Assembly (NCBI GenBank): GCA_964199315.1
Contig: OZ116710.1
Coordinates: forward strand, 9,052,001-9,116,000
Origin: Orbicella franksi
Taxonomy: Eukaryota
Direction of reading: 5' to 3'
Length of the DNA stretch: 64,000 nucleotides
The notes beneath the pieces were generated by a model. The model saw nothing but the letters and a program-made list of their open reading frames with translations, searched no databases and was not told where the DNA came from. The position numbers and the translations under genes were made by a program. Positions 11,501-22,935 of the stretch are shown one piece after another; within the stretch, counting starts at the first letter, position 1, and the number at the start of each line of letters is the position of its first letter.

Positions 11501-12352
11501 TTTTTTTTTATTGAATAGGGGCTTGTTAGTGTAATGGCGGCAAATGGACGTTACGGCGGCGTCTATGAAGCGGGAACAGGCCCTTTTGTACGTAGGCATG
11601 GGACGCATGTTGGAGGAACAGTAAGCAAGCTGGTGCACACGAAGCGGATTGAGACATTAAAATGTGTTGTACATGTATTGGATACAGTTTGCATGAACGG
11701 TGCTCATGATTCGAAAACGGGACTATGACACAAGGAAAACTGTCGCTGCAACATGTCCCTGCTTCGTGTTCTCGCCACATGTCTCCTAGTGTGTGCCGAC
11801 CTTCAGACATGGCAAAAGATAACGTAATTTGTCGTTGGCCAAGTTTGCGTCTGTGCTTCTGAATTAGGATTTTTTTTTTATTGAATAGTGGCTTGTTAGT
11901 GTAATGGCGGCAAATGGACGTGTACTTTAAGGTCGGCACACACTAGGGGATACGTTACGGCGGCGTCTATGAAGCGGAACAAGCCCTTTTGTGTGTAGAC
12001 AAAGGACGCATGTTGCAGGAGCAGTACGCAAACTGGTGCATTATGCTGGCATTAAAATGTGTTGTAGCGGATACAGTTTGCAAGGGCAGTGCGCACTATG
12101 CGACATTGAAAATTGAGGTCATTTTGTCCCTGCTTCAGTGACCATCGAATTCAAACCAGCTGAATTTCATGCAACATGTCGCGGGTAACAGATTGTTCTC
12201 GAAAACGAGACTGTGACACGAGGAAAACTGTTGCTGCAGCATGTCCCTGCTTCGTGTTCTCGCCACATGTCCCTTAGTGTGTGCCGACCTGCATGGCACA
12301 AGATAATGTAATTTGTCGTTAGCCAAGTTTCCGTGTGTGCTTCTGAATAGGA
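11501..12352. repeat. Local tandem duplication (units 11501-11870 and 11871-12352) containing a MITE
   Basis: Both units start ttttttttattgaatag.ggcttgttagtgtaatggcggcaaatggacg and end ccaagttt.cgt.tgtgcttctgaat.aggat. Confidence 0.85.
11931..12289. mobile_element. MITE with ~20-bp terminal inverted repeats
   Basis: Left ggtcggcacacactagggga (preceded by TTAA), right tcccttagtgtgtgccgacc. Confidence 0.7.
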
Positions 12353-13530
12353 TTACGACACTTGTCTCGCTTTGGAAAAATAATCCCACAGCTCCTAATT
12401 ATTTAAAAAATGACTCTAAAATGCCTGCACGTTCTCGCCAGTAAGAGTACAAAGTCTCACCAGAGCGATCACGTCCTCTAGTCCTTTTTATTCATCTTGT
12501 ACCTATTAAATATTCATAGCTGTCTTAGTCGCAGGCTTTATATTGCTGTTGTTTCACGCTCGGCTGGGCTGTAATACTTTAAAGATTATTTGTGATTTTA
12601 TGGGATTATAATCATCACGAATTCAGTTGTTCAGATTATTTGTTTTATCTCTTAAATATGAATTAAACGTTTCGTCATACAAATGGTCCTCTAATCAAAC
12701 AAGGCATAACTGCAGGCCGTTGTAAGGCTTCACAGCCAAACCACAAAATTGTTGTTTCCTTATATTTTAGGAACTTGAAAGAAGACCAAAACTTCTGCGT
12801 GAACAGAAGTTAATCTGTTAATTTCATTAAATTCAGCAATTAGACTACTACCGAGCCATTTTATTACGAAATAGCAACCAGACGCAGCCGAATCGACTAA
12901 CACTCGTAAAATAGGACAGGAGGGATGGGGCACTCTTATAAGGATCTGTATGGGAAAGCTCCACACGAAAGGGTTCCTTTATCTTTTTCAGGCTTGGGCA
13001 TGGGGTGTATAAAAAAATGTAGGGTTTTAATAAGTTGAAGTAAAGAGAAGGGTACGATTAAAACCCATTATTTAGGTATATAAAAGGGATTTTCAAATTA
13101 AAATAGCTCGTTCTGAAAACTTTAGGAATAAAATTTAGGATTAAAATTTCGGAACATTTTGGTAAAATCATTAATTTGCTCGATTAATAGAATCGTTTCC
13201 AGGATAAAACTTTGTTGGAAACTCCCTCCCCCAGAGAAAAATGAGGGTACGTCGTCTAATTGATTAGGCAATATAGGATAGCGGCAAGAACAGTCAAAAC
13301 CTTACAATCCAAGGCCCCCAAGAACAGAGTAAATAATGAAACCAATTTTACACCGCGGACGTTTAAAATAGACAGCGAGTGCCTGAAACCAAAGAAGCAG
13401 ATCAGCTAAAGACTGGGCGCCAGCGCTCGAGTGACATTCAAAACGGAAGATAAAAAAAAAAAACCAAATCGGCCAGGAAGAGCGCCACGTTTTCCTCAAT
13501 AAGTTGCACGTCAAATAGAAACGCCATAAC

Positions 13531-13735
13531 CTGCACACGAGCAAAGTGGCCCATCATTAGGCCGGAGCTTATCACGATTTCTGCAGCACGAAGCGACGGG
13601 AGTATTTCCACTCCCCCCTGGATAGGATACTCGTCCACCGCAGGGTTACCCCCAGCATTAAATTTACCAGAAGCCATTTATACAGCTGGCTGGAGAGAGG
13701 CACTGTGAGAGTTAAGTGTCTTGGCCATGAGAAAC
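13531..13735 (-). mobile_element. 5'-truncated copy of the tRNA-derived SINE seen at 27512-27820
   Basis: The reverse complement aligns by eye with the central and 3' parts of 27590-27810 (ctctcacagtgcctctctcca...aatgctgggggtaacc...ataagctccgg). Confidence 0.8.
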
Positions 13736-16700
13736 GCATTAGAGTTATTTTTAATTTAATTTATTTAACTTATTTTTCTCCTTGAAACAAGAACAAACAA
13801 GTGTAAAAAACCACATCAGCAAAATGAATCGATCACTGACCACAGAGTAACAGTTAGAATATGCAGAGTTTTTCTCGTCATTGAAGATGAGGTATCCTAA
13901 GCCAAATGTATTTGGGAAAGTAAAACATGTAATAAATCTCTCTTATTATAGAATTCCTTTGCTAAAAACTATGTACGAGGACTTAAAACAAGACATCGTC
14001 TTACAAAATGAGTTGTTTGTTGATTGTGCAATGTTTACTGAGTATTGCTCGAGAGGCTTAAAGTCTCTATAGTCGTTACATGGTCTAGCAGTTCCGACTT
14101 CTGACCCGCTATCTCCAACACGTAAGACATTTCAGTTAAAAAATAACATACTTGCCTCATTGCAAGATTACTATTCACCTAAAAAAAGCTCTGATGATTT
14201 GGTATGTGTATACTTTAAGCGCCGTACCACTTATATATCCCCGGATTTTCTTTAGATCTAGAGATTCCGTGCTCCTTGATTAGACATACCGACATTGGTC
14301 TAAGTAACTCTTTGTTGGATTAAAAAACTTGTGGTTTGTCCGAGATTAGTACTAATGTTATATTATTATCAAACCGCTTTGCTCCAGATCCAATTGTAAA
14401 CTCTTGCACAACTATCCTCAGTTTGATATCTGAATATTTCACAAACTTAACCTATTTGCTCTCTCTTATTTACTGAAACGGATAAATGATTTGACACAAT
14501 ATTTAGGAAAGGCCGGATGAGTTGTTTTTTTTTGGCAAATCGTTTTACTCGAGCTCGTGACTCACGAGTCTTCTATAGCATATACATGATAGTTCCAGAC
14601 CACTGGGGGTCGAAAGTTGCCGACTATATGTATAAAGCTGCTGCGTTGTTTCTCTATGGATAGGCTCTCCCATATTATAAGTGAAAAAGAGCGCCATCCG
14701 GGACTCGCATACTCGAAACACTCAAAAATGCTCTAAAGTAGCCACGAAGTCCTCATCTCCCCTTTCAGACAGTTTCTCGAGAGGCATTACAACAGCTAAG
14801 TATTCCGGCTTGTAGGATTAAGGACAAACTGGGCTCCTGAGACGAGTAACTGACTGGGCCAGGATAATAGTGTCAAAAGACAAAACCTTTCAGAGACACG
14901 GTTTCAGAAACCTTTTTTTTGCCCAATAATTTCTTTCCGCCGCAGTTCCGAAGTGATACGTCTAAATTCTCTTTTTCCGTAAAGGAATAAAGTAATATTT
15001 TGCGGGTATCATACACGCCTGTTACCATAAATGCACTACTGATCATGTGTCGAACACTATCAACAAAAAGAAAATTGTAGTGTCAGCACGCAGGATGGCC
15101 ACCCACATTTCAATATCAGCAAGCTGCCAATGTTAGGGTTACTATGTGAAACTGTTCTCGACATCGCTAGAAATGAAGAGTACCAAGGTTGAAGAAAATT
15201 TTGTTTCCATGCTTATGGAAAATTTTTGCGCGGAATGACAGAACTGGACCCAATAAGTTGCACAGTCCCCTGAAAATGGACACCGCTTTGAAGTCGTTGA
15301 AGTTGTTGCTGGTCTAAAGAGTGTATTTTGATAGGAGAAGAGAGAAGCTGAAGGGAAAGAGAACTAATGAAATTGCAGAGTTTGTAAATGTTGTCCAGTT
15401 TTTTTCACACCAACAAACATTGCGTAGGCGTTCATTCCAGGTAATTGTATCAACACGTTAAACTTGACTAACCAGCTGGAATGTCCTTTCAAAAACATAT
15501 CGCCCAGATGCCGGTGTTTAGTAAAACCTTAATAGCCTTTTAGCGTAGGAAATAGCTTATTGATATATAAGCCAATACCACAAAAAGATTAAATATAATG
15601 CGTTATTAACAGCAGTAAAGACATTTGAAGAAGGAGCTGATTTCAATGGTTTACGATTGTGTTGCCCATCCGGAGCAAAACAGCAGTCAGCAAAAGGTTA
15701 TGCATCGACGGGTACCCAAGAAACCGTTTTGTTGTTCTTACATTCCAAGCCTGACAAACCTCTTTGTCTTCTGCGCATTTGGTGCAAATGGACCAAAAAG
15801 ACAAGTTAATATCTTTCACAGCAATCGCACTCTTTTATGAGGGTGGCACGTGATGAGGGCCAAAATAAGTGTGTGACTCGTGGACACGATGGATAGCAAC
15901 TAACAGACACGTGCTTGTTAGAAGTAGCTAAAAGCATATGCGATACGCGAACAAGGTTAAAATTCGTGCGAACGTGTCAAAAACGTAAAATGCCCCATTT
16001 GGTACCCTCTGCTATTACTTGATCAACTTGTACTAATACACAATACACATGTACACATGTTAAATGAACATCTTTTGCAGGCCAGATGAAGACCCCTGCC
16101 CAGTGTCAAACGTTAATTCAGTAATTGCTTACTGATTTAATAGGAAGTGCTTTGCTTTTGTGGTTAGATCTTGCAAAGATATTTCGGAAACGGTGGCTTT
16201 GATCACTGAATAAAGATCCCACAAGAATTACTTGACTGAGACATTAGACGTAAATGTATTTAGAGAAAGCAGTTCTGATACTCAGTGACAAAAAAACGTA
16301 AGATTTCGCTGAGTTAGTCTATGATTAGAGAACCCTAAAGACTATTTGTTTACGTAGCTACACGCTGCTGACGTATATACAAATTGGATGCGAAGACGTA
16401 TATACAAATGGTGAGAAGTCTATTCAGTAACAAAAAATACAGGCACTACTACCATATTCACATGTTTCAAACAATAAACGATAGGAGTCTGAAAAGAAGA
16501 ATATATAATATGTGATCTATATAATGGTTATTAATGCGAAGGAATGTGGATCAAACACTGAAGTTTCTTTTTTTTAATTACTTTTCCGTCAAAGATGAGA
16601 ACGTGAAAAGCACTTATGCTACCCATTCTTACTGGAAATTGTTAACTAAATTATCGTCTTTCGCTGTCAGAACTAAGTATATGTTGTGGACATGGTATGC

Positions 16701-17083
16701 TTCACTAAAGTTTCCAAAGGGCATTGACTCGAGTATGCCCGCCTTCTTAAAGTTTTTCAAGGTTTAATTAATTTATCACTAGAGCAAAATCCATTTTCAT
16801 CTTGTTACTCCTGATCCGGGATTTCAATCTAGGCTTATAACCAGAGCCGGAAACGCCTGACGGCTTGGCAAGGCCAGGGTTAGTTTCTCTAGTCTTTGAA
16901 CCATGCCGGAGTGTCCTCTTGATATATCTTTTTGATTTGATTGCCATATCAGTTTTTGCTTTGGACAGTCTGAACCCTTCTGTGGTATTTCTTCTCTTAC
17001 GCAAAGATTCCTCTCTTATCGGCAAAGGAGAAACTTAACACCAGTTTTCTCTGTCAGTCTCTCGCAACATTTTAAACACAACG

Positions 17084-17350
17084 TCATTGTTGTAGTAACT
17101 TTGCTCGGTCCAACCATGTCTTCACCTCTTGCATTCGGTATTTCATGGGCCCTGGGCCACCCTCGTAGGCAATTTCATTGTTTTGCACGATGTACAGTCG
17201 AATTGGCACAGCACCGTAGGCGATATTTGCCGCGTTTAACATGGAATCCACCGCCACAATACAACCAGAAAGGTCGACGGATGTTGTCATCTTCTGAGCG
17301 GCCTTACATCTCTCAAGTTGTGTACGGTGCATTGGAATGTCACTGATCCC
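17084..17350 (-). CDS. DIO: Iodothyronine deiodinase-like protein B, exon 2 (C-terminal)
   Basis: Acceptor tcttaatcag|GGG at 17351/17350. Translates GISDIPMHRTQLERC...GCIVAVDSM.NAANIAYGAVPIRLYIVQN..IAYEGGPGPMKY; stop TGA. Confidence 0.92.
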   Translation of the reverse strand, partial: GISDIPMHRTQLERCKAAQKMTTSVDLSGCIVAVDSMLNAANIAYGAVPIRLYIVQNNEIAYEGGPGPMKYRMQEVKTWLDRAKLLQQ

Positions 17351-17626
17351 CTGATTAAGATAAAAACAAGAGCAGTATAATCATTTGGCTCTTTTATTTT
17401 AATTTTCCTCTAATTGTCTGGAGTTTGTTTAGTCAGCTCTAACGGCACTGTGTCGAGTTTGTGGCACTTCTCCAAGTTTGGTCGATGGCCACCGCTTGAC
17501 AACAAAGTTGTTTATATCGATCTCATCTGTGCAGGCCAGCAAATTATTTAAAGTGCATTTACATGTTAAAAATAGACATGAGCACTATGAGCTGCACACG
17601 GTAAAAAGGAAAGCATTTTTTGTTAC

Positions 17627-18106
17627 CTTAAATGCCCAGCCATCGACTGGATGTGCCTCTTCGATGTAGACCACAGCAAAATCGGCCACCTCTGCAAAGT
17701 CGTTCTTTAATTGTTGGTACCTTTTCAACATTTGCATGAACACTGGGCAGGTTGAGCTCCCGAAATTAAGCACCAGAGGTCGGCTGCCCCTTGCAAAGTC
17801 CAGAAGCCGGTGGCAACGTTTTCCATCGACCGACACGACTGGCGAGTTGTAGGCCTTGCCGTGCAGTTTGACTTTCTTATTCTTGTCAGCGAGCACGCAA
17901 TGATAAACATTCTGAAGCATTTTCCAGGTAAACAGCGAATCCCAGTAAAGTTCCGTTGGCAAGGAAGTGTCTGTCATTTTGCACATAGCAATGCTGACGA
18001 ATGACTTGAAAAAAGGGACAATCTTTAAGAGCCATCCGACGGTGAACACAAAAACGAGTGTCGTATAGAGGAAAAACCTCTGCATGCCTTGAAATTCCAC
18101 AAACAT
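17627..18106 (-). CDS. DIO: Iodothyronine deiodinase-like protein B, exon 1; Cys at the catalytic position
   Basis: ATG at 18106. Motifs RPLVLNFGSSTCPVF (TGC at 17749-17747) and VVYIEEAHPVDGW. Donor aag|gtaaca at 17627/17626, phase 0, the same position as in paralog A. Joined CDS is 747 nt = 248 aa. Confidence 0.93.
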
Positions 18107-18182
18107 TTAGACTGCAATCAAAGAGCTCACCAATACTTGGTTTCGAATCGTTCCCGAATGAACAAATATTTTGTTTGTTGCT

Positions 18183-18191
18183 TTTTATATA
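18183..18191 (-). promoter_or_regulatory. Candidate TATA box of deiodinase-like gene B
   Basis: The minus strand reads ggcgggTATATAAAAAg about 77 bp upstream of the ATG at 18106. Confidence 0.45.
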
Positions 18192-21100
18192 CCCGCCTAC
18201 TCAGTCCACGTAAAAAAAATCCGCTTTCGGTGAGTGACTTAGAACAATACGACAGCAAATCTACTGCCCGGTGTATAATTACCACAATTAAAAATGACAC
18301 CATGTCATCCCACAGTGAAATGAGTAGTGGGAGCGGAAAACCCGAGAATATTCTCAGAAAAATGAAATCTTCGAGCAGAGAACTCTGCTTGTCTTGAATA
18401 TTTACTACTTTTTCTTTTTTTTTTTCTAATAATTCCTTACCTTTAAGTTTAAAATGCGAAACCATGCATGGTCCACGTCGTTAATTGTTCTATTTTGTGT
18501 TGACTGGTGCCAAAAACCAGTCACTCGTTTCATGACGCAGGAAATCGAAATTTGAGTCCACTAAACGCTTAACTGATGTTATGTGCTCTTAATTTTCGAT
18601 TTTGTGATCTTTATGGATAATTCACTGATGTTTTTTCGCTTTCGTGCTCAAGGTGTAAAGTCACTGCACAATTATCGTGATTATTAAGAGTCAATCAAGC
18701 CGCCATATACAAATGTATCCCTTGGGGCGCGCTCCTAATCTAATGCAATTAACAACAAATCAGTACTGTACGTTACGACTCATGCGCCGCTAACACCTGG
18801 CCGTGCAGTTCAAGCCACACAATAACAACAAACACACTGGCTTCAAAATGCTTTTACTGAAGTGTCCGGTCTTAAGAAAAAAGAAACTATTTCACATTTC
18901 GCTTCCGCTTCTACCGACATCAAAGATAACGCTCCATTAACATGAGCCTAATGAGTCGTTTGTCATAGCAAGAAATAAGAACACACTTTTACTCAGCCAT
19001 TGTGGTTCCGTTCTTTTGTCGTATGCCTATACGCCCCCTTCAAAGGTTTACCTGCTGGACCAATGATTGCATTTTGAGATTTTTCACTTAAAAAATATCG
19101 TATCATTGATGATTTCCAGTAACTATTCAAGGTTGCACTACTGAATCAAGTTTTCTGATGTAAGTGGCTTACTGACTCAGTGATATAATCTTTTTTCACA
19201 TCGGCACTATGCAAATGGTACTTGATATGTTTTCACAGTAATTGTATATATCTTATTACAAACCCGGGGTATTGCAATAAATATTTTTGAGAACTGAGCA
19301 GTTATATTGCAGCTCTATGGGGAGGCTGTACGTATATCAAATCATAATGCAAATGAGCAGCCGTTATTTCAGCTGTGCTGCATGCTTCACTCTAACAATA
19401 ATTTTGTAACCTCAAATATTTACTTTTCCGAAATCCTGGTTGTGAACCCTTCTCGTCGGTCTCACGCGGAGGTCGGAATGCGGGGATTAACAATAACCTG
19501 TTATACCGGTCTGCTAGAGTGCAAGTAGCGTGAGAAAGCACTTGTGCTTGTCTCTCGCGGTAGCTCTATTGCACTGAATGCAGTTGAGTAAATAATCGTG
19601 GGGTATTATTGTATACGCGATAAAAGATATCGGCACGGTCAAAAGATCAAGTAAAGCTTAAACACCTTAAACGTTTTTTCTTCACCTGTCCTTTCATCGA
19701 ATTTTGAGTAGTAAAATATTTTACTTACGGGAATCATCCACTAAACCGTGCTGATAGAGAGACTCTCTTGGTGCTTGACAATATACAGACGACCCACGCT
19801 CAAGTCACGAGCAGTAATATGACAACGGGTTGACCGCTAAGAACTACAAGAATGTATATCGGACTCGCTGTAACTGAGAAAGTCGAGCATATTTTGGTCA
19901 ATTACTTAAGGACCGATTGTCCAACATAGGGTCATGTTAAACGTTAACTTCGGGTTAAGTCATTTATGAAACACCAACAATTATTTCCCTCAGAAAAGAC
20001 CAGAAAAGAAAAACTCATCTCTCTTAATTTCCGTACCGTCGGCTCAGCAGTTTTCACTTTGGACTATCTCCAATCGTCCCTTAAATTAGCGGAAATTGAA
20101 CGGGCGCTTCTGAAACGGACTGAAATTAAAACCTAGTGACTCTTAACCCCAGATTAGCGCAAATCGGTTTTACGAACGACCGAAGCGACAAGATTAAAAT
20201 AAACTTAATTTTGCCATGTTTGTATCCTGTTGCGAGTCTGGGACCTTGTAGTGGTGGTTTTAAACGGTTTTCGTGATCCCACTGCTAAGGACTTTAATCT
20301 AAAATACGACAATTTTTCTGGCTATGACAAATACAAAGTAACACTCTCGACAAAAGCTTGGGCAGCCTGTGGCTACGGTTCATGCGTGAGAAAAATGATG
20401 ACGTCAAACATCCAGTAGTTTCAGTTATTTACATATATAGACATTTCTTGGTCTGGATAATCGTGACCTTGCCGCGCATAATAGCCATAAATAGCATGCT
20501 TGACGTCATAATTCTCACAGCTTCTAACAAGGTTTTCATCGTCAACACTAAGTTCAGGGATAAGTTTTATTAGTCAGTTCCATTACCCTTGGTTATCTTG
20601 TAAAGATAAATGATATACGATTACAACATATATTTAAGAATTGAAACCTTACTTCAATAACAAAGGGAAAAAAGGTTTTAGTTAAGAGTTAATAGGGTAA
20701 AACTATTAAAAGAAGAAGAATAACTCAATCAAAGTGTCGTGATTTTAATTTCGTGACCGTGTGTCACGCCAATATCCAGAAACAAGCTTGATGGAAAGTG
20801 ATGACGTAATTCCCTTGTTTGTTTGAGTTCGGCCGCAAAGAAATGTTCTCTTGATTATTGGAGTTTTCCCTGTGTGTTGCTTATTATTGGTGAATATTCA
20901 TGAATTTCTTAACGTTTTAAACCTGTTGCGTGAATAAAGTACAGGCGTATCACGTGATCTGGACTTCGTGACATGCATTGCGTGATGTTTAAAACTTCTG
21001 GTGAGTTCTTGAATATTAACGAGAGTTCATTAATCTGCTCGGCTATCCAGTAGTTGGAAGGTTTTTCCTAATAGAAAAACCAAATAGGAATTATGACGTC

Positions 21101-22198
21101 ATCAGTTCAAAGAGCAACCCGGTCTCTCCTCTTTCCGCTCTTTCGGTAAGGTGAGAAGCCCTGGAACGAGGTTGTTCAATGATGTCCATTTTTGATGTTT
21201 AGGGGCGCGGCAGAGGCTCCGTCATCACGAATTTCATGAGCGACAGTCTCCTAGTTGAGAGTTTAGCCTCGAAAGTGAAACTCTCAAGATCTCTACTCAA
21301 GACGTTTTTTGTGTCTTGTCTTGTGGCTTGTAAGCTATATTACTCAACAATTCTCATAATAAAACCATTTTCCTTCCTGGAATGCTTCTAAGACCATAAA
21401 ATGTTTTAAAGTCATCAATAAAGTCGTTCGACTTTCTTTTTTTTTAAAATAAAAGTTAATTGTTAATTAAAGACATCTGTTAACCGTAAGGAAAGTAAGT
21501 CATCGGTAAGTTCCAACTTTTCTTATGACTTCTACAAATCATTATGTTAATATTCTATTAGCAAAATTCATTTCATCTTGCTTTGATCGAAGCAATATTC
21601 CTCTTCCAAATGTTACCGATGTAACTTGATTGCTATATCATAACTTTATTACATGTTCACGGTAATCATTACTGTTTCAGCTTAAGTTTACAAAAGCTTT
21701 TGTAACACAGTAGTGCTCTTATGGTTATGCAAATAAAGCCAGTTGTTGTTGTTGTAAGTTAGCCATTAGCCATGAAAGACATCATTAAATTGAGACCCTC
21801 TAGGTATCATGGGATTTGTCAAGATGCGAACAGCTCCTAGTTATTGCCACATAACATGCATTTATACATACATATTTTCCAATAGTTTGGTCTTTTAGGT
21901 TACATAAATATTACATATAGTCAGTTTGTGTTCCGCGAATGTACGTTAGGGTTAGGGTCAGGGTTTAGGTCTTAGAGTAAGAATAGAATTTTCGCCACTG
22001 AGAAGGTGAATGAAAGGAATTTCCCTGCGCATCGACTATCCCTCTGGGATAGATATGGGGAATGCCCAGAAATCTCATGGCGCAAACGTGTTATAGAAAA
22101 TTAGGCGCCTAGGGTTAGGGGTTGCTGAAGTTGGGGTTAGAGTTCTCGCCAAGGAGACGCTTCACAAAAACAATTACTTGTCGATTTTTCCCATTCAT

Positions 22199-22376
22199 TA
22201 GCCTGCGTAGCAAGCGTTCCCTTAGGAAGAGCTTTTCCGCATTCTGACCGCGCGTAAATTTAGATGAGACCAAAAACTCAGCTCGCCCCACCACTCCCTG
22301 CTTCGTCTAATTTTTGCTCTCGCTCCAATTTACGCGCGGTCAGAATGCAGAAAGGGAACTCTTGCTACACAGGCGT
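22199..22376. mobile_element. Palindromic MITE with possible 9-bp target-site duplication
   Basis: Termini tagcctgcgtagcaag / cttgctacacaggc; internal IR cattctgaccgcgcgtaaatt / aatttacgcgcggtcagaatg; flanks cccattcat and cccaatcat. Confidence 0.7.
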
Positions 22377-22734
22377 CCCAATCATGGGATAGGTGAGGGA
22401 AATGGTCGGAAATCAGAGCGCACAGACGTCTTTTAGAAAATCAGGGTTACAATTCACTGCACTGAGAGTCTGCTGGGAACTAATTCCCTTGCGCATCGTG
22501 TAGTCCCATGGAATAGGTGAGGGGAATATCCTGAAATCTCAAATAAAATGCTGTAAAGAAATTAGGGTTAGCACCTACCTAGGCTTAGGGTTAGCTCAAG
22601 TTAGGTTTTAGGTTTATATGAGGACATGAGGACAGCTTATGAGTACAGCTCCAACGAGATGCATAACGGACGGACTTATTGTCTCTTAACATGTCTGCAT
22701 TTCATAGTAAATGGGTATTAGGTAGTTCGTCCTG

Positions 22735-22935
22735 TGTAATTGTCCGGGTGACGGTAGTTCTGAAAAAAACTGTTGTTGGTGACTGACGTTTCGCCAAACT
22801 GAACGAACGAGACTTATAACACAATAGACTGACAAACACTATTCACTCGACTCTGAAGATGACTTCTGCTAAGATTGACGAAACGTCAGTCACCAAAAAC
22901 AGTTCTTTTCAGAACTACTATCACCCAGACGATCG
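22735..22935. mobile_element. Inverted pair of Penelope-like terminal repeats with a hammerhead motif
   Basis: gtagttctgaaaaaaactgttgttggtgactgacgtttcg is inverted against cgaaacgtcagtcaccaaaaacagttcttttcagaactac. CTGAAGA 22853-22859 ... GAAACGTC 22880-22887. Confidence 0.7.
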
